From an uncultured SAR86 cluster bacterium (lineage in GTDB: Bacteria; Pseudomonadota; Gammaproteobacteria; Magnimaribacterales; D2472): a DNA stretch of 64,000 bases. Under the pieces are notes generated by a model. It saw nothing but the letters and a program-made list of their open reading frames with translations. It was not told where the DNA came from and ran no database searches. Position numbers and translations under genes: made by a program. Shown piece by piece: positions 1-8,085 of the stretch. Positions within the stretch are counted from its first letter, which is position 1; each line of letters opens with the position of its first letter. The DNA lies in assembly GCA_902591925.1 (NCBI GenBank), contig CACJCN010000006.1:9919-73918 (forward strand), read 5' to 3'.

Positions 1-2
1 AT

Positions 3-653
3 TTTCTTTGTTATTGGGTGCCAATCAAATCCAACACTGTTTCTGACTCCATCTGCAACAGTTATTAGTTCTCCATCTTGATACTTGTGAATAGCTGCAA
101 ATCTTTTATCTTTTGTTTGTGGTTCCAAACAAATGTTACATGGGACACCAACCGGAATATATAAATTACCATCAGGGCCAAAATCTATATATTTAAAGCC
201 ATGCCAGGTTTCTGACGGGAGATTATCCATAAGAATTTTTTTTTCAGGTAATGTCTTAGAATTTTTACTAAGCCATTTATCGATATTTTTTATAATCCAA
301 ATAGTATCGATTTCAGCAAAATATAAATCACCATCATATACACTTACTCCAGTAGGATTTTGCAAACCATCTGCAACTAATATTTTTTTTTCAGCGTAAC
401 CATCTTGATTTTTGTCATAAAGCGCATAAATTTTGTCACCTTTTTTCGAACCAACTAAAATGAAACCTTGATCGGTTTCAGTTATTTGTCTAGGTGAATC
501 TAAGTCGTCAGCAAAGATATTTATTTCAAAGCCATCTGGAAGATTTAAAGTATCAAGTACTTCATTAGCATTTAAGAATAATGAGATAGAATAAGTATTA
601 AATATAATGAAAATAGAAACGAATTTTTTTAGATATGTATTAAATTTAATCAT
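3..653 (-). CDS. PQQ-dependent sugar/sorbosone dehydrogenase family beta-propeller protein (partial, 3' end runs off the window)
   Basis: Not in the ORF track. Manual translation from ATG at 653 is open to the window edge: MIKFNTYLKK...LNLPDGFEINIFADDLDSPRQI...GLQNPTGV...WHGFKYIDFGPDGNLYIPVGVPCNIC...VADGVRNSVGFDWHP, typical of this family. Confidence 0.8.
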   Translation of the reverse strand, partial: MIKFNTYLKKFVSIFIIFNTYSISLFLNANEVLDTLNLPDGFEINIFADDLDSPRQITETDQGFILVGSKKGDKIYALYDKNQDGYAEKKILVADGLQNPTGVSVYDGDLYFAEIDTIWIIKNIDKWLSKNSKTLPEKKILMDNLPSETWHGFKYIDFGPDGNLYIPVGVPCNICLEPQTKDKRFAAIHKYQDGELITVADGVRNSVGFDWHPITKK

Positions 654-674
654 AGTTAGTAATAAAATAAAAAA

Positions 675-1742
675 ATGGACTTAACAATAATATTAGATTA
701 CATAATTATAAGCATAATTGCATCAATGACTATAAATTCTGTTTTAAGAAATTATGCCAAAAGATATAAAATACTTGTCGATCTTCCTGATAGAAATAGA
801 AAATTTCATAGGAGACCAACTCCCATAACTGGAGGGATTGGCATTTTGTTGGCTCTTCTCATATCTGGGAAATTATATATTGATTTAAATGATTTAACAG
901 GTTACGTACCAGAATTTACTTTTCAGTTAGTGCTTATATCAGTTCCATTACTAATTTTATTTATTATTGATGATATAAAAGATTTAAAACCATATTTTAG
1001 AATTTTAATTCAGAGTTCTTTGACGGTTTATATGATCATGAGTACCGGAGTATATCTAGAAACATTAGGAAATTTATTTGGTTTTGGGAATATTAGTCTT
1101 GGAATATTAGGTATTCCTTTTACAATTTTTTGTGTTGTAGGTGTAATGAACGCCTTCAACATGATGGATGGGATCAATGGTTTATGTTCTGGTTGTGCAA
1201 TGCTTGCCTTACTTTTAATTGGTTTTTACTCGGGTTTAATTTATGACTCAATGTTAGTCTTAATTATTGGTTCCATGATAGGATTTTTAATATTTAACTT
1301 AGGTTTTTTTGGTAAAAAAAGGGGAGTATTTCTTGGAGATAGTGGTTCAAATTTAATAGGATTTTGGGTTGCTTGGATTGCAATATACTCCTCTCAGAAT
1401 GAAATTTATAGTATTGAGCCAGTAACTATGCTTTGGTTTATTGCTATTCCGCTTCTTGACTGTATTGGATTGATTGTTGATAGACTAAAAAAAGGAAAAA
1501 ATTGGAGCACTGCCGGAAGAGATCATATTCATCATAAACTAATGGAGAAGTTCTCATCAAGAGGAACTCTTTTTGTCATTTTGATCATAACTCTTATAAC
1601 GGGTTTATTTGGTATGTTAATTGATGAAATTTGGCCATCATATATTTCAATGATATTATTTTTAATATACGGACTTGTGTATTATGTAGTATTAGGTTTC
1701 TTTGGTAAAAATTTTCTAAAAATAAATAAAGAAAATGTTTAG
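675..1742 (+). CDS. wecA: UDP-GlcNAc:undecaprenyl-phosphate GlcNAc-1-phosphate transferase (WecA/MraY family)
   Basis: Polytopic membrane protein with DLPDRNRKFHRRPTP..GG, NAFNMMDGINGL, FLGDSGS and RDHIHHKL motifs. Confidence 0.85.
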   Translation: MDLTIILDYIIISIIASMTINSVLRNYAKRYKILVDLPDRNRKFHRRPTPITGGIGILLALLISGKLYIDLNDLTGYVPEFTFQLVLISVPLLILFIIDDIKDLKPYFRILIQSSLTVYMIMSTGVYLETLGNLFGFGNISLGILGIPFTIFCVVGVMNAFNMMDGINGLCSGCAMLALLLIGFYSGLIYDSMLVLIIGSMIGFLIFNLGFFGKKRGVFLGDSGSNLIGFWVAWIAIYSSQNEIYSIEPVTMLWFIAIPLLDCIGLIVDRLKKGKNWSTAGRDHIHHKLMEKFSSRGTLFVILIITLITGLFGMLIDEIWPSYISMILFLIYGLVYYVVLGFFGKNFLKINKENV

Positions 1743-2181
1743 TTTTTTTAAAAAAAGTAAAAGTGATAAAAAAATAAATGTTAAACCATCATTTGAGATG
1801 GAGCTTACTGCAGCTGTTTTAGCATATGAAATTGCGAGATCTGATGGAGAAATAAGTGATGATGAATTAAATATTCTAATGCAGGAGATTGAAAAAATAT
1901 CTGTAAAAGTTAGTAAAGATAAAAATGAAGTTTTAAAGATAGTAGAGATTTACAGCAAAGATAGTGTATCGTTTCACGAATTTATTGAAGATATAAATTC
2001 AACATATTCAAAAGAAGAGAAGATATCTCTTTTGAAGTTCATGTGGCAAACTGCATATGCTGACGGAAAGTTGGATGTAGATGAAGAAAAACTTGTTCGC
2101 AGAGTAGCAGATCTAATCAGAATCAAAGATATTGAGGTTCTCAAGCTAAAAGATTTAACAAAAAATACAACTCAATCATAA
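1735..2181 (+). CDS. TerB-family (tellurite-resistance / DjlA N-terminal-like) protein
   Basis: IARSDGEISDDE and AYADGKLDVDEE repeated motifs; start overlaps the wecA stop. Confidence 0.75.
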   Translation: MFSFFKKSKSDKKINVKPSFEMELTAAVLAYEIARSDGEISDDELNILMQEIEKISVKVSKDKNEVLKIVEIYSKDSVSFHEFIEDINSTYSKEEKISLLKFMWQTAYADGKLDVDEEKLVRRVADLIRIKDIEVLKLKDLTKNTTQS

Positions 2182-3968
2182 TCGATAGAGCTTGCATTTT
2201 CTATAATAAATCTTTCTGAACTTTTTCGGTCACAATCACCATTATAATTCTTTATATTTTTGTCATATTCATCATTACCTACAAAAGTAAACATTTGAAA
2301 AAGAACAACGCACTTTTCAATTTCACTGAGCCTTTTATCTAAATATAAATCTTCTGTTAAAGTTTGCAGTGACAAATTATCTTTAGCCATTTGGAGATTT
2401 TTTTTATTATCAATGATCATAAATGATCTTTTGCTTTGGTTTTCTTCAAAAAAAGGAAGCCATTGAATTTTATTTGAAGAAAATCCTGGGTCCCCTGTTT
2501 TTGCAAAATTACTCCAAAATAGCATCATATTCCTGGAAGTGAAAAATTTTGAAATGCCTTTTGGATATATAAAGTTTGAGATTGGTGAACCTCCCACTAG
2601 CGTAGCATCTCCAGCAAGTAATGGTATCTCAAGAGCATGAGATGCTCCAATTAATTGGCTAAAATCAGCAATTATGAACTTTCTCTGATCATCCCAGTCA
2701 AACCTATACGAATATAAATTTTTATTTCCAGCAATTCTTAAAGAATTTAATGGTTCATCTACTCCTCTTACTTTCCAAGCAGAACTCCTATAAAAATTAA
2801 AGGCTTCATATGCGTTTTTATCTTTAATTAAAACTTTTGGTATATCGAATAAAGAGGAGCCAACTGAATTATCAAGTTCTACGAAATAATCTGAAAAGGC
2901 TAGCCAGAATTTTACTTCATCTCTATTTGAACCAGCAATTGTTGGAACATTATTTACAAATTCTTTTTTAGATAAAGCTTCTTTAAGCCCAATTTTTGGA
3001 ATAACAATACCATCATTGGTTAATAATGGAATTTCTTCAAAATTTTTTCTGTTAAAGTAATATTTATAGAAATCTTGTCCCGATAAATTTAATAAAATTT
3101 CTTTTAGTTCCGCTTTAGAAAAATCATCCTGTGACTTATTATCATATTTATCTTCAATAATTCTATTAGCAATAGACCAACTTGTATGATTAGAAGAAAA
3201 TGAATCTTGTATCTGTTTATATGCTTGATCGGATGAAATTGACTCAGTATATCCTGACATAGAGATAGCTTTGTGAAACAATCCTTTTGCGTGTTTCGAT
3301 ACAAGTAAAGACAAAACATTATGACCTCCTGCAGATTCTCCAAAAATAGTTACATTATCTTGATTACCACCAAAAAGATTAATGTTTTCCTTTACCCATT
3401 CTAAAGATGCAATTATGTCTAAAGTGCCAAAATTTGAAGTTTTATCTATCCCATCCTGAAGTCCTTGAATTGCTGGATGTGTAAACCAGCCAAATGGTCC
3501 GAGCCTGTAATTAATTCTCACAATAATTACATTATGTCTTTTTACTAATTTGCTAAAATCATATATATCTTTTAGTCCAGATGTATTACCACCTCCATGA
3601 ATCCAAACCATAACTGGAAGTTTTTCTTTATTTTTTTTTGCTGGCTTAAAAATATCAAGATAAAGACAATCTTCACTACCTGAAATCAATTCATCACTAA
3701 AATCAGACGAACCTCCAAAGCCTGAAGTTCTCTGGATACAAAAATTTCCTGTTTTTGGTTGTATAATGCTTGAATTATCAGAAATTTTTCTTGGGGCTCT
3801 CCATCTCAAGTCATTAATAGGAGGCTTTGCATACGGAATATCCTCCCATATTATTACCTTATTATTTTTATATCCTTGAGTTATGCCAGAGGACGTCTTT
3901 ATAAGCAATTCGTCTGAGTTAATAAAACTAATAAATAATAAAGATAAAAGGAAAAAGATCTTTTTCAA
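2172..3968 (-). CDS. Secreted type-B carboxylesterase/lipase
   Basis: Signal peptide; SEDCLYL, WIHGGG oxyanion motif, GESAG nucleophile elbow, GSNRDE acid and GASHALE His; TTG start. Confidence 0.9.
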   Translation of the reverse strand: MKKIFFLLSLLFISFINSDELLIKTSSGITQGYKNNKVIIWEDIPYAKPPINDLRWRAPRKISDNSSIIQPKTGNFCIQRTSGFGGSSDFSDELISGSEDCLYLDIFKPAKKNKEKLPVMVWIHGGGNTSGLKDIYDFSKLVKRHNVIIVRINYRLGPFGWFTHPAIQGLQDGIDKTSNFGTLDIIASLEWVKENINLFGGNQDNVTIFGESAGGHNVLSLLVSKHAKGLFHKAISMSGYTESISSDQAYKQIQDSFSSNHTSWSIANRIIEDKYDNKSQDDFSKAELKEILLNLSGQDFYKYYFNRKNFEEIPLLTNDGIVIPKIGLKEALSKKEFVNNVPTIAGSNRDEVKFWLAFSDYFVELDNSVGSSLFDIPKVLIKDKNAYEAFNFYRSSAWKVRGVDEPLNSLRIAGNKNLYSYRFDWDDQRKFIIADFSQLIGASHALEIPLLAGDATLVGGSPISNFIYPKGISKFFTSRNMMLFWSNFAKTGDPGFSSNKIQWLPFFEENQSKRSFMIIDNKKNLQMAKDNLSLQTLTEDLYLDKRLSEIEKCVVLFQMFTFVGNDEYDKNIKNYNGDCDRKSSERFIIENASSIDYD

Positions 3969-4022
3969 TTTGAATTAGAATAAATGAATTTAAAAATTAA
4001 TGCATAATATTATATATAATTT

Positions 4023-4099
4023 CGGGATGTAGCGCAGCCTGGTAGCGCACTACACTGGGGGTGTAGTGGTCGTCGGTTCAAATCCGGCCATCCCGACCA
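4023..4099 (+). tRNA. tRNA-Pro(GGG)
   Basis: 77-nt cloverleaf CGGGATG...CATCCCG-ACCA; anticodon stem CTACA/TGTAG with loop CT-GGG-GG; GGTTCAAATCC T-arm; encoded CCA. Confidence 0.95.
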
Positions 4100-4103
4100 A
4101 AGC

Positions 4104-4379
4104 TTAATTTAATGAATTTTTTATATTATGTGAGGGTCGTAGAGTTAATTTTTTCCTTTCATTAATCATATATTCCACTTTTGTAAGTGGGTTTCTCCCA
4201 ATTCTTTTTGGTGAGAGATGATAGTAAAAAGTACCAAAATTGGATATCTTAACTTTACTTTTAAATGAATTCTCAACGACCAGTTTTATAAAGGTGTTTA
4301 GAAAAGAATTTGAATCTGAAGAAGAAATAAGAGTCTTGGAAGAGATATTTTTTGCAATATCCTTTTTTCCAAGACTCAT
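4104..4379 (-). CDS. ihfA: HU/IHF-family DNA-binding protein, IHF-alpha-like
   Basis: VKISNFGTF and GRNPLT motifs; lies downstream of the pheST region as ihfA usually does. Confidence 0.65.
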   Translation of the reverse strand: MSLGKKDIAKNISSKTLISSSDSNSFLNTFIKLVVENSFKSKVKISNFGTFYYHLSPKRIGRNPLTKVEYMINERKKLTLRPSHNIKNSLN

Positions 4380-4392
4380 TAATTAGTTTCTT

Positions 4393-5907
4393 CTAAGTTC
4401 CTGTACCTGTTCCAGTGCCTGTACTTGTTCCAGTACCTGTACCTGTTCCAGTTCCTGTGGAGGTTCCAGTTCCTGTGGAGGTTCCAGTTCCTGTACTTGT
4501 TCCAGTACCTGTTGAAGTTCCAGTTCCTGTTGATGTATCAGTGTTAGTATTTGTTGCGGTACCAGTATCATTATTATCATCAAGACCACCAACATCTCTA
4601 ATACTAACAGTGATTTCTTGTGTAGCTGCATTTGAGCTTGCATCAGTTGCTGTTACGGTAGCAGTAATATCATATGTACTGCCATCGTAAGGAAGATCAA
4701 CAGGATTATCAGACTGAGCCTCATAATCCGCAGGTGTTACAAAAGTTAAAACACCATCAGCTGTAATAGTTAAATCATCATTTCCAGATAGAGTGAAAGT
4801 AATACTTTGAATATCTGTTGCTGTCACAGTTCCAACAGCTGTAGCACCTTCGTCTACCACAAAAGTTGATGATGAAGTGAATACTGGAGCAGTCGTATCA
4901 ACAACATTAACAGTTCTTGTTGCAGTACCTGCATTACCGGAAGCATCTGTAGAGGTATAAGTAATTGTATATGTTCCCAAAGTGTCAGGATCTACAGTAT
5001 CACCACTAGTGACAACAGTAACATCACCTGAAGCATCTGTTGCAGTTGCGCCAGCATCTGTGTATGTTGATCCTAATTCTACAGTTACTGAGGCATCACC
5101 GGTTAAAGTTATTACAGGCGCTGTAGTGTCTTCAACATAAACTGGTCTTGTTGCAACACTTCTGTTTCCAGATGCATCTGTAGCGTCATAATTTACCGAG
5201 TATCCACCAACTGTATTTTCGTCAACATTATTATCAACTGTAACTACGATAGGACCAGAAGCATCAGTTGCAGTCGCACCAGCATCGGTATAGGTTTCTC
5301 CTAATTCTGTATAAGCTGGAACATCGCCAAGAATAGTAATTACAGGAGCAGTAGTATCAACAACATTAACGGTTCTAGTTGCTGTTGCAGTATTACCATC
5401 TAAATCAGTAGCAGAATATGTAATAGTGTAAGTGCCAACAGTAGACGTATCCACTGTACCTGAGGAAGTAACTTGTGTTACGCCATGAAATTCATCAAAA
5501 GCTGACGCACCTTGGTCAGTATAAGTATCTCCTAGTTCAACAGTAGCAGGATTGTCACCTATTACTGTGATGACTGGAGGTACATTGTCATCGTAACCAT
5601 CATCGGTCACTGATGCAATTGCTCCAGCACCAACTAGTGCAAGAAGAACTTTTTGTATAGCACTTAGTTCTGCTCTAACTGCAGCAAGTCTTTCCGACAT
5701 CGCTTTGTTAGTTGATGGATTTTGTGTAACGTTGAGTTCATTCATTAAAGAATCTTCTTCATTAATTAAGAATGATCTCCTGTCTTGAAGTTCTTTTATC
5801 CCCATAGAACTAACTTTCTGCTCTATTTCAGCTAATTGAGCTGAACTTAAATCTGCATAAAGCCCCACAGAAAAAATTGTAAAACTTAAAAATAAAAATT
5901 TTTTCAT
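4393..5907 (-). CDS. Exported surface protein: signal peptide, coiled coil, hydrophobic segment, 3 Ig-like (DUF5011/HYR-type) repeats, cadherin-like domain, Thr/Gly tail
   Basis: GAGGT SD 7 nt before ATG; three ~77-aa PVIT..G...VELG.TYTD.GA.A.D...GN....R.V.V.DTT repeats; DEG...TATD...DYE cadherin-like domain; (STGTGT)n C-terminus. Confidence 0.85.
   Translation of the reverse strand: MKKFLFLSFTIFSVGLYADLSSAQLAEIEQKVSSMGIKELQDRRSFLINEEDSLMNELNVTQNPSTNKAMSERLAAVRAELSAIQKVLLALVGAGAIASVTDDGYDDNVPPVITVIGDNPATVELGDTYTDQGASAFDEFHGVTQVTSSGTVDTSTVGTYTITYSATDLDGNTATATRTVNVVDTTAPVITILGDVPAYTELGETYTDAGATATDASGPIVVTVDNNVDENTVGGYSVNYDATDASGNRSVATRPVYVEDTTAPVITLTGDASVTVELGSTYTDAGATATDASGDVTVVTSGDTVDPDTLGTYTITYTSTDASGNAGTATRTVNVVDTTAPVFTSSSTFVVDEGATAVGTVTATDIQSITFTLSGNDDLTITADGVLTFVTPADYEAQSDNPVDLPYDGSTYDITATVTATDASSNAATQEITVSIRDVGGLDDNNDTGTATNTNTDTSTGTGTSTGTGTSTGTGTSTGTGTSTGTGTGTGTGTSTGTGTGTGT
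4409..4534 (-). repeat. Seven tandem 18-bp units encoding (STGTGT)n
   Basis: Plus-strand units gttccagtNcctgtNNNN; two identical copies (4445-4462, 4463-4480), the others differ by a few bases. Confidence 0.9.
4891..5580 (-). repeat. Three intragenic Ig-like domain repeats (aa 110-339)
   Basis: Repeats of 77, 76 and 77 aa are visible in the translation. Confidence 0.85.
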
Positions 5908-6116
5908 AGCTATTACCTCAAATATTTGCTATTCAGAGTCATATTCACATAAATAATTAACTTACACAACTCTGGAAGAGAATAATACGTCATTTTTAAT
6001 CAAATTGACATACATTTAATATGTTTTTTTTATAATCATTATTTAAAAACAGCTTTTCATGTTTAATTTGGAATATTAAGCAGCAATATCAGTGCCAATT
6101 AAATTTTATCTAGCTC

Positions 6117-8072
6117 TTAATCAATTGGTCTGAATCGAACTAATAAATCATGTAATGTATTTCTTCTAACAAGCTTTGCACCAGGATCCTTGGTCAATGG
6201 CCTCCATGTATATGCTATTGAATTGCCAAAAATTGGTATGTTAAAGAAAATACCTTTATCAAAACTGCCCTCCCCAAATTGTTCAGATGAAACATCTGTA
6301 AATGTTGCAAAAGCACCGAAACTTACTCCACTTTCTAACCTTCTAGAAAATTCAACAGTTGTGCCTATATCACCTGCCAAATACTCACCCATAGATATTT
6401 TTAAATCAAAGGGTATTATTCCATAATTTCTATAGTAAAAATTTGCTGTCAAAAAAGTGTTTTCGTAATCTAAGTGACCAAAACTCCACTCATAATCCCT
6501 CTTTTTTACTTTAAAAAGTTCAGCACCAAAAGAATAATTTGTATTTGGTTTAAAAAATAAATATTCAGCTCCTACACCAGAGAACATATCCTCAAGAATG
6601 CCTCCTGTTATCATCATATGATGATTATCTTTTGGAGTCATATGATAATCAAATTGCGCTCTACCAATTAAAATACCCTCATCCATATTTTTAAGATATT
6701 GCTTCACATCAGATCTTACTTGGGCTGGAAAAGTATCTATTGGTGGAAACCTTAAATCATCAAAATTATTTGCAAGACTATATTTTAAATTAACATTAAA
6801 AAATAAATTTTCTCTCAAAATAATCTCAGTATTATTCTCAATAAGGAAGGCGCCTTTAAAAAATTCTTCCCTTGATGCAATAAAAGGTTTAAATCTAAAT
6901 CCTGTGGACGTATTAAAAAGACTAGTGGTTGGTCTTTCATAAATAACTGTAGCATTTCTTTTAAAAGCTTCGTCAATTTCAGAAACGCCTCTCAAATCTG
7001 CAATTTTGATGTCTTTTTTAATATTTTTATCAATACCAGCCTTTAATGATGCCTCTGAAATAATTCTTTCAACAACATTTAAATCAGGATGTATAAATTG
7101 AGTTAACTCTAAGCCAATTGATTTCGAACTTTCTGAAATTTTTTTTACACCAATTCCATTTTCTTCCAAATTTCTAATAAGCTTTGTATATTTATCATCA
7201 TCTTCATTAGTATCAGGATTTTGATATTCGTATTTTTTATAAGATGACTTTGGACTATTTTTGTAAACTATTTTCAACGAGGCATAATTGCCTCTTTCGT
7301 ATGAGAGACCAACATTAAAATTTTCATTTATTGAATAAGATATTCCAAATGAATATTCACTTTTCTTTTTTTCATATGCGATAATTTGAGAATCTACATT
7401 TGTAGTATCTTTTTCAATCATAAATAACAAGTTCCTATTTAAAGCATAAGAGACTCCATAAAAAGGAGAAGCTGTTTTACCTGAAAAATATTTTTTTAAA
7501 TTAAGTTGTCCGCCTTTATCTTCGAAATTTATAGGTCTATTTTTAAAATCTTCTCTAATGTACCCGAATGGATTAGATATTTTTGAATTAGATCCGTTTA
7601 ATTGTCCCCATCCAAGTCCAAGATGAAAATCTAATTTATTTTTTCCATAACTTGCAACAATATATTCAGAATTATGTAGCCCCGTTCCAGCAAAATCATT
7701 TAATCCGACAGCTATTGCAGGAAAAATACCTTCTTCTTTTAGTCTGATTTTTACATTAAATCCTTTATCTTTATAATCTTGATACGAATATCCTGGATAG
7801 GGTCTTCCTTGAATATTGCTGTAAAAAAAAGATGCCTCAAACCAGTCATATGGATTTGATGAAAGAGTTATTTTTTGATCTGGTGTTCCGTCATAAAGTG
7901 TTACTCCATGAGCACCTTCATCATAAAATCTGGCTGTAGGTAAATTTATAAGACCCACAACACCATGATTGTTATATATGTTATAAGTGAAATTATCCGC
8001 ATAAATAACGGATGATAAAAAAAGAAATATAAAAATAAAATCTTTTTTTATAAAATTAGAATTTTCTAACAT
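6117..8072 (-). CDS. YjbH/GfcD-family outer-membrane beta-barrel protein
   Basis: Signal peptide; GVVGLINLPTARF, YQDYKDKGFNVK, FAGTGL..SEY, QVRSDVKQY, GDIGTTVEFSRR, FDKGIFFNIP and WRPLTKDPG motifs characteristic of YjbH. Confidence 0.85.
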   Translation of the reverse strand: MLENSNFIKKDFIFIFLFLSSVIYADNFTYNIYNNHGVVGLINLPTARFYDEGAHGVTLYDGTPDQKITLSSNPYDWFEASFFYSNIQGRPYPGYSYQDYKDKGFNVKIRLKEEGIFPAIAVGLNDFAGTGLHNSEYIVASYGKNKLDFHLGLGWGQLNGSNSKISNPFGYIREDFKNRPINFEDKGGQLNLKKYFSGKTASPFYGVSYALNRNLLFMIEKDTTNVDSQIIAYEKKKSEYSFGISYSINENFNVGLSYERGNYASLKIVYKNSPKSSYKKYEYQNPDTNEDDDKYTKLIRNLEENGIGVKKISESSKSIGLELTQFIHPDLNVVERIISEASLKAGIDKNIKKDIKIADLRGVSEIDEAFKRNATVIYERPTTSLFNTSTGFRFKPFIASREEFFKGAFLIENNTEIILRENLFFNVNLKYSLANNFDDLRFPPIDTFPAQVRSDVKQYLKNMDEGILIGRAQFDYHMTPKDNHHMMITGGILEDMFSGVGAEYLFFKPNTNYSFGAELFKVKKRDYEWSFGHLDYENTFLTANFYYRNYGIIPFDLKISMGEYLAGDIGTTVEFSRRLESGVSFGAFATFTDVSSEQFGEGSFDKGIFFNIPIFGNSIAYTWRPLTKDPGAKLVRRNTLHDLLVRFRPID

Positions 8073-8085
8073 TCATAATCTCTAT

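Noticed and set aside
4409-4534. 18-bp periodic repeat as a possible CRISPR array
   Set aside because: No unique spacers, units are contiguous and in frame in a CDS, and no cas genes are present.
4383-4690. ORFs 4383-4643 (-) and 4415-4690 (+) with QELE or VPVP repeats
   Set aside because: Alternative-frame and antisense shadows of the STGTGT-encoding repeat.
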